In this document: one piece after another, positions 56,273-64,000 of the stretch
How the letters are laid out: each line of letters starts with the position of its first letter
Position numbering within the stretch: position 1 is the first letter of the stretch
NCBI GenBank assembly: GCA_910579785.1
Contig: CAJTVJ010000003.1
Location: 3,702 to 67,701 of the forward strand
Reading direction: 5' to 3'
Source: an uncultured Christensenella sp.
GTDB taxonomy: Bacteria; Bacillota; Clostridia; Christensenellales; UBA3700
DNA: 64,000 bases
Position numbers and translations under genes: made by a program
The notes under the pieces: model-generated
The model's input: only the letters and a program-made list of their open reading frames with translations
Told to the model about the DNA's origin: nothing
Databases searched by the model: none

Positions 56273-57820
56273 ATGAAGGGCAGAATGATAAAAGTAGCGG
56301 CAGCGCTTTTGACGTGCGTGGTGCTGACGTGTTGCGTATTGGGCATATTCGCTGTTTCAGCGCTTTTGGGTAAGACTACGCTGAGGATAGATACGAATGA
56401 AAAATTGCAGACAATGCAAGGTTTCGGCGCGTCGTCGGCATGGGTATATCAAGACTTAGGGCTTGAAGATCTAGCTACTAAGAACACTGCCATACAGATG
56501 CTTTACGGAAATGACGGTTTGCAGCTCAATACGTTTAGATACAACGTGGGCGCCGGCGGCGTGGAGAGCGACAACTACAAAGATCCTCTTAGAGGCGCGC
56601 AATCGTTTTTTATCGCAGAGAGATTTACAGGCGATTATTCGGTATTTGCCGACGCCGACAATTACGACTTCACGAGAGACGGCGCAGTGCTTGATTTATT
56701 TAAACGCGCGCTTGCCACAGGCAATATAGATAAGGTGATTTTCTTTGCCAATTCTCCGCACTATCTCATGACGAAAAACGGCAAGACGCACGGCGACGTT
56801 CCTTACGACAACAATTTAAAAGAGGAATGTTACGTTGCCTTTTCGCAATATATGCTCGTCATAGTCAACTATATCTATCAAAATATAATAAGTCAGTATG
56901 ACAAGGACATTCAAATATATATTTCTCCCGTCAACGAGCCTCAATGGAAATGGGGCGACGACGCGACGCAGGAGGATGGCGAAGCTACGCAAGAAGGCTG
57001 TCACTACGACCCCAAGCCGCTTGCAAAATTCTACGATACCTTTTACAGTCAGCTAGACGTATTCAATGACGAAAATTCCACAGACTTTAATATGGATATA
57101 TTCGAGAGCGGCAACTATAAGATGCTCAATTCGACGCGTACTAAGTTCAATGAATATATGCGCGAGTTTGAAAAATACGACTTTTTTGACGAGATTACGC
57201 ACATTTCTCTTCATTCGTACGGCGCGGATAAATCGATATTTTATAGGGAGATTTTTGCAGATTATATGTCTAAGAATTTTCCGCATATCAGCATAAGCAT
57301 GAGCGAGTACTGCACTATGGAATGGAACGTGGACGAGAGCATAGACATGGGGCTTTGGTGCGGCAAAGTTATGATGCGCGACATCGCTATATTGGGCGTG
57401 ACGGATTGGAGCTATTGGCTGTCTGTTGCCAAAGGCGGATATGAAGACGCTCTTGTATATTGGAAGAAAGACAACGGATACAATTCTTTTGAAGTCACCA
57501 AGAGATATTACGTATTCGGTCAGTTTTCCAAGTATATATCCAACGGCAGCGTGAGAGTATCTGCCGATTACAGCGACTTTTTGGGCGTCAACGGAATTGA
57601 GACGGCGGCGTTTAAAAATCCTGACGGCAGCGTAACCGTAATTGTATTGAATGACAGCGAGAAGTCGCATACCATTGCGCTTAAAGGCGTCGATAAATAT
57701 AAGAACGTCAAAGAGATAATGACTGACAGCGACGTAAATTGGCAGACGCGAGAGTATGCGTTTGACGGCAACGTAAAAGTGGCTGCCAAGTCAATGACTA
57801 CTTTTGTATTGACAAAGTGA
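56273..57820 (+). CDS. Glycoside hydrolase family 30-like protein, paralog of the preceding gene
   Basis: Same motifs (GFGASSAW, SPVNEPQW, MSEYC). Collinear similarity to 54685-56268. Confidence 0.65.
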   Translation: MKGRMIKVAAALLTCVVLTCCVLGIFAVSALLGKTTLRIDTNEKLQTMQGFGASSAWVYQDLGLEDLATKNTAIQMLYGNDGLQLNTFRYNVGAGGVESDNYKDPLRGAQSFFIAERFTGDYSVFADADNYDFTRDGAVLDLFKRALATGNIDKVIFFANSPHYLMTKNGKTHGDVPYDNNLKEECYVAFSQYMLVIVNYIYQNIISQYDKDIQIYISPVNEPQWKWGDDATQEDGEATQEGCHYDPKPLAKFYDTFYSQLDVFNDENSTDFNMDIFESGNYKMLNSTRTKFNEYMREFEKYDFFDEITHISLHSYGADKSIFYREIFADYMSKNFPHISISMSEYCTMEWNVDESIDMGLWCGKVMMRDIAILGVTDWSYWLSVAKGGYEDALVYWKKDNGYNSFEVTKRYYVFGQFSKYISNGSVRVSADYSDFLGVNGIETAAFKNPDGSVTVIVLNDSEKSHTIALKGVDKYKNVKEIMTDSDVNWQTREYAFDGNVKVAAKSMTTFVLTK

Positions 57821-57927
57821 CGCAGATTTTTTAAGTTTTTAACTTGTATGTTGTAAAACTTATGCAATAGTGGTAGAATAGATAAGTAATTAGAAAAAAC
57901 GCAACAACGATTTATGAGAGGTGAAAT

Positions 57928-59013
57928 ATGTTGAAGATAGATATCATATCGGGATTTTTAGGCGCAGGTAAGACGACTTTGATAAAGAAGCTTTTGTCGT
58001 CTGCATTGAAAGGACAAAAAATCGTATTGATAGAAAATGAGTTTGGCGACATTGGCATAGACGGCGGATTTTTAAAAGAATCTGGCATTCAGATAAACGA
58101 AATGAACAGCGGATGTATATGTTGTTCGCTTGTGGGCGATTTCAAAAAGGCGTTAAATCAAGTGTATGAGCAATATGCGCCTGACAGAATAATCATTGAG
58201 CCGTCGGGCGTGGGAAAACTCAGCGACGTATTGCAGGCAGTGTTGTCTGCTCAGCTTCCTGACAGCGAAATATCTTCGCTTACGGCGGTGGTCGACGCAA
58301 AGAAGTGCAAGATGTATATCAAGAACTTCGGAGAGTTTTATAAAAATCAAATAGAGCAGGCTAAATGCGTCGTGCTCTCGCATACGTCAAATATAGACGA
58401 TGCCAAGTTGCAATACTGTCTCGATACCGTCAAGTCGCTCAATAAAGACGCAGTGATAGTGACTACGCCTTGGGATGAGATAGACGGCGAAAAGATTTTT
58501 GCCGCTATGACAAACGTATCTTCACTTGCCAATGATTTGCAACATCTTCACGAAGAAGAAGTATGTCCCGTATGCGGAGGACATCACCATCACCACGGCG
58601 AGGACGAAGAATGCGGCTGCGGACATCACCATCATCACCATGAGGACGAAGAGTGCAGTTGCGGACACCACCATCACCACGACGAAGACGAAGAGTGCGG
58701 CTGCGGTCATCACCATCACCACGGACACGATGCCGACGAAGTATTTTCTAGTTGGGGAGTGGAGACGGCAGGAAAATACGGCGCGGAGCAGATAAAGGAG
58801 TTGCTTTCAAGTTTAGATAGCGGAGAGTACGGCGTGATATTGAGAGCAAAGGGCATCGTGCCTAGCGCAGACGGCAAATGGATACATTTTGACTACGTAC
58901 CGGAAGAGGTAGACGTACGCTTTGGAAGCAGCGAAGTAATAGGAAGAATTTGCGTGATAGGCAGCAAGATAGACGAGGGCAAGCTTGCAAAGCTCTTTGA
59001 GATAAAGGCTTGA
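57928..59013 (+). CDS. COG0523/CobW-family G3E GTPase metallochaperone with a His-rich repeat
   Basis: GFLGAGKTT Walker A and GCICCS metal motif. Four H5-6 runs separated by EDEEC(G/S)C. CobW_C-like C-terminus. Confidence 0.88.
   Translation: MLKIDIISGFLGAGKTTLIKKLLSSALKGQKIVLIENEFGDIGIDGGFLKESGIQINEMNSGCICCSLVGDFKKALNQVYEQYAPDRIIIEPSGVGKLSDVLQAVLSAQLPDSEISSLTAVVDAKKCKMYIKNFGEFYKNQIEQAKCVVLSHTSNIDDAKLQYCLDTVKSLNKDAVIVTTPWDEIDGEKIFAAMTNVSSLANDLQHLHEEEVCPVCGGHHHHHGEDEECGCGHHHHHHEDEECSCGHHHHHDEDEECGCGHHHHHGHDADEVFSSWGVETAGKYGAEQIKELLSSLDSGEYGVILRAKGIVPSADGKWIHFDYVPEEVDVRFGSSEVIGRICVIGSKIDEGKLAKLFEIKA
58579..58731 (+). repeat. In-frame 42-nt tandem repeat (3.6 copies) encoding GHHHHH(G/H/D)EDEEC(G/S)C
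   Basis: Copies at 58579-58620, 58621-58662 and 58663-58704, plus a partial copy at 58705-58731. Confidence 0.9.
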
Positions 59014-59028
59014 TATTGAGGAGATAAA

Positions 59029-59967
59029 ATGGAGATACCTGTATATTTATTCACGGGATTTTTGGAGAGCGGAAAGACCAAGTTCATACAAGAGATGATG
59101 ACCGACGACAGATTTAACGAGGGCGAAAAGACGTTGCTGTTGGTCTTTGAGGAGGGCGAAGAGGAATACAAGCCTCAGTATTTTGCGTCTCCCAACGTGC
59201 ATATCGAATACGTCGAGGATATCGACGATATCAACGATTCTCTGCTTTCCGCGATAGAAAAAAAGCATGGGATACAGAGAGTAATTATAGAATACAACGG
59301 CATGTACGAAGTGGGTAAGCTGCTTGACGTGATGCCTGATAATTGGACTTTGGCGCAAGTGCTTATGATAGCGGACAGCAATACATTTATGAATTTCAAC
59401 GCCAATATGAGGCAGTTGACTTTTGATAAAATGCAGAGCAGCGAAGCGGTGATATTCAATAGATTTGACGACAAAAAAGACAAGATGGAATATCACAAGA
59501 TAGTGCGCGCGGCAGGCAGAAAGATAGACATACTTTATGAATATACCGACGGACACGTCGAGCCCGACAGGATACCAGACCCGCTGCCGTATGATATCGA
59601 CGCCGATATAGTTGAGATTAAGGACGAGGACTATGCGGAGTTTTACAGAGATATCTGCGAAGAGGGCAGCAAGTATGACGGCAAGATACTTTCATTTAAA
59701 GGTATAGTAGCGGTGGACGACACTTTGCCTAAGAATACCTTTGTGCTTGGCAGACATATTATGACGTGTTGCGAAGCCGATATATTTTACGGCGCGTTTG
59801 TATGCGAACACAGACAGGTCATCGACCTCAAAAAGCGCGATTGGGTGAAGATAACTGCAAAGATAAAGTTTAGAAAACACGAAGTTTATGACGGCGAGGG
59901 ACCTGTGTTTGAAGCCATATCTGTGGAGAAGACGGACAAGCCGCTGCAAGAGTTGGCAACGTTTTAA
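59029..59967 (+). CDS. CobW-like P-loop domain lacking CxCC, fused to a DUF1980-like C-terminal domain (MTCCEAD motif)
   Basis: FTGFLESGKT Walker A with no GCxCC. The C-terminal GRHIMTCCEADIFYGAFVC resembles the conserved CC motif of YcgQ/DUF1980-type proteins (assigned from memory). Confidence 0.6.
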   Translation: MEIPVYLFTGFLESGKTKFIQEMMTDDRFNEGEKTLLLVFEEGEEEYKPQYFASPNVHIEYVEDIDDINDSLLSAIEKKHGIQRVIIEYNGMYEVGKLLDVMPDNWTLAQVLMIADSNTFMNFNANMRQLTFDKMQSSEAVIFNRFDDKKDKMEYHKIVRAAGRKIDILYEYTDGHVEPDRIPDPLPYDIDADIVEIKDEDYAEFYRDICEEGSKYDGKILSFKGIVAVDDTLPKNTFVLGRHIMTCCEADIFYGAFVCEHRQVIDLKKRDWVKITAKIKFRKHEVYDGEGPVFEAISVEKTDKPLQELATF

Positions 59968-59981
59968 TTTTGTCCTTTGAT

Positions 59982-60000
59982 CGTCGCAAGCGACGTTTTA
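59982..60000 (+). terminator. Weak terminator after the CobW pair
   Basis: CGTCG-caag-CGACG followed by TTTTA. Confidence 0.4.
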
Positions 60001-60056
60001 CCCATACGGAGAAATATCATAAATAAATACACAAACAAATATTAGGAGATATACAT

Positions 60057-60566
60057 ATGCAAAGAATAGCAAAATTCCACAAGGTGTCGTTTGAGCAGTT
60101 TAGCAAAGATTGGATAGATACCTTTGGCGATAGCGATAATATCAAGGAGATATACGACAATATCAAGCTTCCTAAAAGAGCTACGACAGGATCTGCCGGC
60201 TACGACTTTTTCGCTCCCATTAAGATAGAGCTTGCGCCTAATCAAACGGTGAAGATACCCACGGGCATAAGAGTTGAGATAGATGAAAATTGGGTGCTCA
60301 AATGCTATCCGAGAAGCGGTCTGGGCTTTAAATTCAGATTGCAGCTCAACAACACTGTCGGCATAATCGACAGCGACTATTTCCATTCTTCCAATGAAGG
60401 ACATATATTCTGCAAACTCACCAATGCGACCAACGAGGGCAAGACGGCGGTCGTAAACGAAGGCGACGGATTTATTCAAGGCATCTTTATCGAGTACGGC
60501 ATAACCGTTGACGACGAGGTCAGCGCAAAACGCGACGGCGGATTTGGCTCGACAACTAAAAAATAA
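60057..60566 (+). CDS. dut: dUTP diphosphatase (trimeric dUTPase family)
   Basis: GSAGYDF, GIIDSDY and GGFGST motifs. Confidence 0.88.
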   Translation: MQRIAKFHKVSFEQFSKDWIDTFGDSDNIKEIYDNIKLPKRATTGSAGYDFFAPIKIELAPNQTVKIPTGIRVEIDENWVLKCYPRSGLGFKFRLQLNNTVGIIDSDYFHSSNEGHIFCKLTNATNEGKTAVVNEGDGFIQGIFIEYGITVDDEVSAKRDGGFGSTTKK

Positions 60567-60593
60567 TGTTTGATAAGGTTTATCAATACTTGA

Positions 60594-60625
60594 TCACGGC
60601 GAAGCGTTTCGCCGTGATTTCTTAT
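60594..60625 (+). terminator. Intrinsic terminator after dut
   Basis: TCACGGCGAA-gcgt-TTCGCCGTGA followed by TTTCTT. Confidence 0.75.
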
Positions 60626-60635
60626 ACATAAAATC

Positions 60636-60660
60636 ACGGGAGCAGACAGCTCCCGTTTTG
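60636..60660. terminator. Second hairpin between convergent dut and nrdG
   Basis: ACGGGAGC-agaca-GCTCCCGT followed by TTTT on the plus strand and ATTTTA on the minus strand. Confidence 0.6.
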
Positions 60661-60748
60661 TCATTGGTACCTAAAAGTCATTTGTATTTATGTAATATCA
60701 TTTGTGCTTGTTAAATCTTTGGTACTTATATATTTCATTGGTAGCACA

Positions 60749-61237
60749 TTATGAATGCAATACTATGTTGCCGCTTTTCAGCGTATTTTGTACGTCTATA
60801 ACGCGCTGGTTGGAAGAGCCTTTCCAAAAAAGTTTTGGGTCAAAAAGTTCTATCTTAAATTTGCCGTCGACCATTACGTCGAGGTATTTCACGATTTCCC
60901 AATCCAGGACTTCTTCCCATTCATATCCGCTATATAGCCATATCGTCTTATTGGGATATTTCTCTCTTATTTCTTTGGCAAGAGCCGTCACACAGTCTCT
61001 GTTGGCAGGGTGGAGAGGATCTCCGCCTGAAAAGGTGATGCCAGATACGTATGACTTGTCAAGTTCGTCAAATATCTCTTTTCTTTCGCTCTCGCCGAAT
61101 TCCAGTCCGCCGTTGACGTCCCAAGTGATGGGGTTTTGGCATTCTTTGCAGTGATGGTTGCAACCTGCGACCCACAGTACTACTCTCAGTCCGTCGCCGT
61201 TGAGCATATCGTCTTTTGTGATATTGTGGTAACGCAT
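60749..61237 (-). CDS. nrdG: Anaerobic ribonucleotide reductase activating protein (radical SAM)
   Basis: CNHHCKECQN cluster motif; directly downstream of nrdD. Confidence 0.92.
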   Translation of the reverse strand: MRYHNITKDDMLNGDGLRVVLWVAGCNHHCKECQNPITWDVNGGLEFGESERKEIFDELDKSYVSGITFSGGDPLHPANRDCVTALAKEIREKYPNKTIWLYSGYEWEEVLDWEIVKYLDVMVDGKFKIELFDPKLFWKGSSNQRVIDVQNTLKSGNIVLHS

Positions 61238-61238
61238 A

Positions 61239-63356
61239 TTACATACTCTTCCTATCTTTTATTTCTGCCATTTTCGCTTCGTTGAGACGGGTGTCACCCT
61301 TGACTCTTGAATACGAAAGATATCCGTTCATTCTCTCTATCTTGGTGAGATTTTTGCTGCCGCACTTGGGGCATACGTCCATGTTGAGTTCTTGATGTCC
61401 GCAGTCGTCGCAGTATGCCAGCGAGAGATTGACGCCCTCATAAAATCCCATTGCCATAGCTCTTCTTATAAGAGTGCGGATGGCTTCTTTGTTGTAATCA
61501 ATCGGATATTTGACGTACTGTATCTTGCCGCCGTTAAGCAAATCCCAAAATCTGTTTTCAAGGTTTTGTTTTTGTATCGGCGAGAGTTCTTCTGTCACGT
61601 GACAGTGGAAAGAGTTGGTGACGTAAGGTCTGTCGCTGACGTTTTCCACAATGCCGTATATCTTTCTGAACTGTTCTACCTGCAATCCGCAAAGGCTCTC
61701 TGCCGGCGTGCCGTACATAGCGTACAATACGTGGTCCTCTTCTTTGAACTCGTTTATCTTTTTATTGATATATTCCATTACCTCTAAGGCAAACTGACCG
61801 TCCTGGGCAATAGACTTTTTGTTGTGAAGCTCTTGAAGTTCATTGAGCGCGGTGATACCGAAAGACGCCGTTGACGCTTTGAGAAGGGGAGCTATCCTGT
61901 CGCTGTATTTGAGATGACCGCCATAGAATCCGCCTTCGCAGTATGCGAGAGGATTGGTAGACGCTCTCATCTGTCCCAAATATTCATAGGTACGCAAATG
62001 AAGTTTGCGTATGAGTTCAAGATAATAATCAAGCACTTGATAAAAGTCCTGTGATTCCTGTTTTGCCTTGGCGTATATCATAGGCAAGTGCAGACTTACC
62101 GCGCCTATATTGAATCTGCCGACGAATATAGGTTTGTCATTCTCATCCGCAGGGTACATTCCGCCTTTCTCATACCAGGGAGAGAGGAAAGCTCTGCAAC
62201 CCATAGGCGATATGACTTCGCCGTACTTTTTGTATATGCTTGCAACGTATCCGTCGCCCGTCAATGACAGCCAATCGGGATACATAGTCTTAGAAGAGCA
62301 GTCTACTCCTGCTTCGAATATGTCTTCGAGTTCTTTTCCCGGTCCGTGAAGATTTTCGTCATAAAGGAATACTATTTTTGGGAAGAGCACAGGCTTTTTG
62401 CATTCCTTTTTGCCCTGTCCGCCTTTGCGTACTTCCAGCATACACATATTTGCCATCTTGGCAAATCTCGATCTGCCCAAGCCGCCTGTGATTGTTATAA
62501 AGGGGTAGTCGCCTCTTGAAGACGCAACGGTGTTGAATTTATATTCCCAGCCTTGGAAGCCCTGCATCATATCTTTGCGTACGTCTTTGATTGCCTCTTC
62601 TTCCGCCTTTTCTTTGCTAAGACCCATGCCGACATATCTGTCGTATTGTTTTTGGAAAGACTTTTCTGCATACGGCTCCAAGATTTTGTCGACTTGCGGT
62701 ACGGTAAAACCGCCGTATTGCTGACTTGCAGCAGAGAGGACGATATCGCCGATTACGTCAAAAGCTACGTCCAAAGTCTTTGGCTCGTTGTACCAAATGT
62801 TGCCCATTTCAAAGCCGCCTTTGAGTACGGTCGCCACGTCAAAGAGACAGCAGTTCATCGTGTCTCTTCTCGCCGACATATCGTGGATATAGATATATCC
62901 GTCGCGGCATGCCTGCAATTCGTCTTTTGTCAAGAAAAACTTTTGATAAAGCTCTTTGTTGAGTTGGTTGAAAATAAGACTTCTCTTGGTGGATACCAAA
63001 GCCGAATCGGAGTTGGAATTTTCCTTGTCTCCTATATACATAATTGCTTGGCTCTTCTTGTATACTTCGTCAAGCATATGTACGAAATCTTGCTTGTAGT
63101 TGCGATAGTCCTTATAGCTTTTTGCAACGGAGGGGTTGAGCGATTCAAGCGCATACTCAACGACGTTGTGCATTTCGCTTATGGTAATAAAATCTTTGTT
63201 CATAGAAGCGACCTTTTTGTTTACGAAGTCGCATATAAACTCAATGTCCTCATCGCTGAACTTCACGAGGGCTCTGTAAGCTGACTTGTTGACTGCGGTT
63301 ACTACTTTCTGGACGTTATACTCTTCTTTCGTTCCGTCTTTTTTGATTACGTACAT
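61239..63356 (-). CDS. nrdD: Anaerobic ribonucleoside-triphosphate reductase
   Basis: ATP-cone N-terminus, C-terminal CDDCGH...CPKCGS Zn site and MNGYLSYSR glycyl-radical region. The ATG at 63356 is preceded by AGGAGAGA. Confidence 0.95.
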   Translation of the reverse strand: MYVIKKDGTKEEYNVQKVVTAVNKSAYRALVKFSDEDIEFICDFVNKKVASMNKDFITISEMHNVVEYALESLNPSVAKSYKDYRNYKQDFVHMLDEVYKKSQAIMYIGDKENSNSDSALVSTKRSLIFNQLNKELYQKFFLTKDELQACRDGYIYIHDMSARRDTMNCCLFDVATVLKGGFEMGNIWYNEPKTLDVAFDVIGDIVLSAASQQYGGFTVPQVDKILEPYAEKSFQKQYDRYVGMGLSKEKAEEEAIKDVRKDMMQGFQGWEYKFNTVASSRGDYPFITITGGLGRSRFAKMANMCMLEVRKGGQGKKECKKPVLFPKIVFLYDENLHGPGKELEDIFEAGVDCSSKTMYPDWLSLTGDGYVASIYKKYGEVISPMGCRAFLSPWYEKGGMYPADENDKPIFVGRFNIGAVSLHLPMIYAKAKQESQDFYQVLDYYLELIRKLHLRTYEYLGQMRASTNPLAYCEGGFYGGHLKYSDRIAPLLKASTASFGITALNELQELHNKKSIAQDGQFALEVMEYINKKINEFKEEDHVLYAMYGTPAESLCGLQVEQFRKIYGIVENVSDRPYVTNSFHCHVTEELSPIQKQNLENRFWDLLNGGKIQYVKYPIDYNKEAIRTLIRRAMAMGFYEGVNLSLAYCDDCGHQELNMDVCPKCGSKNLTKIERMNGYLSYSRVKGDTRLNEAKMAEIKDRKSM

Positions 63357-63467
63357 ATTTTCTCTCCTATTCATTCGTTGCAGAAATGATTATAGCATAT
63401 TGATATGTCAAAGGCAATATAATAATGCAAAAAAAATTAAAAAAATTTAAAAAGTTTTGCTTGACAA

Positions 63468-63512
63468 CCACAATATATTGTGATATGGATTTAAAATTTA
63501 TCTATATAGTGT
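63468..63512. promoter_or_regulatory. Candidate NrdR boxes upstream of nrdD
   Basis: CACAATATATTGTG (a perfect palindrome, 63468-63481) and ATCTATATAGTGTA (63499-63512), about three helical turns apart. Confidence 0.55.
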
Positions 63513-63640
63513 ATATTTGACTGCATATCCATTGATTATAATCAACATATACATGGCTTTTATTTTTTTATGATAATTAAGGGATATGCAAGCGTATAAA
63601 TTTGACTTGGAAGAGTGTAAATGAGCATACATTGCTTACA

Positions 63641-64000
63641 GTCAATCAAGCTTTAAGTCATTTCGACCGAAGTGCAACGAAGCGGAGAAATCTCAACAAA
63701 TTAAAATAATGAAGTCACTTCGAGCGTAGTGGAGAAGTCTCAACCTTTTATTTAACTCGATTAGACCTCTCCGCGTTGGTCGAGGTGACCAAATGTGAAT
63801 CTTACAAGCTTGGGAGGAAATCGTCATTGACGCTCGCCCAAGACGCACCTGCTGGCTCGCTATGCTAGTGCTTTCGCTCCTTACGACCGAAGTGGAGAAA
63901 TCTCATCCTTTTATCTTTTAATAAGTTGAGACTTCTCGACTGTGCTCGAAGTGACCGAATATAAATCTTACTAGCATTGGAGGAAATCGTCATTGCCGCT
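63641..64000. repeat. Mosaic hairpin-repeat cluster 4 (continues past the window end)
   Basis: Units at 63657-63694 (fwd), 63714-63741 (fwd, ACTTC/GAAGT), 63763-63789 (rev) and 63928-63955 (rev). A C-type unit sits at 63823-63904 and a second C-type unit starts at 63989. Confidence 0.9.

Noticed and set aside
57833-57861. A possible Zur-type or other metalloregulator box overlaps the -35 of the CobW gene promoter.
   Set aside because: Only a 7-bp arm inverted repeat (AAGTTTT-N15-AAAACTT) is present. It does not match the Zur consensus I remember and is plausible by chance in AT-rich DNA.
60702-61154. A 150-aa plus-strand ORF lies opposite nrdG.
   Set aside because: It is antisense to a gene with a clear radical-SAM motif, and it has no RBS.
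1-64000. I searched the whole window for tRNA, rRNA, tmRNA, transposase, integrase, phage or toxin-antitoxin genes.
   Set aside because: No cloverleaf-like or rRNA-like sequence and no ORF with the corresponding motifs was recognised. The absence of a transposase matters for interpreting the repeat clusters.

Overview
This is a 64-kb chromosomal segment that looks like a low-GC, strictly anaerobic Firmicutes/Clostridia-type bacterium. That placement is an inference from gene content and order: map-KOW-infA-rpmJ, nrdDG, type-Z S14, and ECF/ThiT with a TPP riboswitch. The core is a complete S10-spc-alpha ribosomal-protein superoperon (rpsJ to rplQ, 4.5-20.3 kb) that includes secY, adk, map, a KOW protein, infA, rpmJ and rpoA. 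Flanking genes, in order along the window: two tandem fused ABC-ATPase/FtsX permease paralogs and pfkA; a hydrolase-PPTase-ACP mini-operon and a PhzF-like gene; leuCDB; a secreted SH3b protein; an alpha-CTD/WG-repeat protein and cdd; three lipoproteins, plsY, ychF and argS; a heterodimeric ABC exporter; a riboswitch-controlled ThiT-like gene; a Cys-rich XRE-like protein, an MFS transporter, an SDR and a DEAD-box helicase; an HTH-cupin regulator with potABCD-like genes; two tandem GH30-like hydrolases; a COG0523 (CobW-type) GTPase pair; dut; and nrdDG. I saw no rRNA, tRNA, CRISPR array, transposase, integrase or phage genes. Two non-coding signals stand out. (1) Four intergenic clusters (about 1.9 kb in total) are built from a mosaic family of short hairpin repeats whose stem bases co-vary, arranged like enterobacterial BIME/REP elements. 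(2) At least five first-in-operon genes have a near-consensus -10 box ending exactly 6 nt before the ATG and no Shine-Dalgarno sequence, which is the geometry of a leaderless mRNA. Two of these form a back-to-back divergent pair in a 56-bp gap. Smaller oddities are listed under findings: a Zn-ribbon L24, a cytidine deaminase missing a zinc-ligand Cys, a PotA with a large insertion, a His-rich tandem repeat in a CobW GTPase, and an inverted 17-mer operator pair. All calls come from reading the sequence and the ORF translations; no database search was run.
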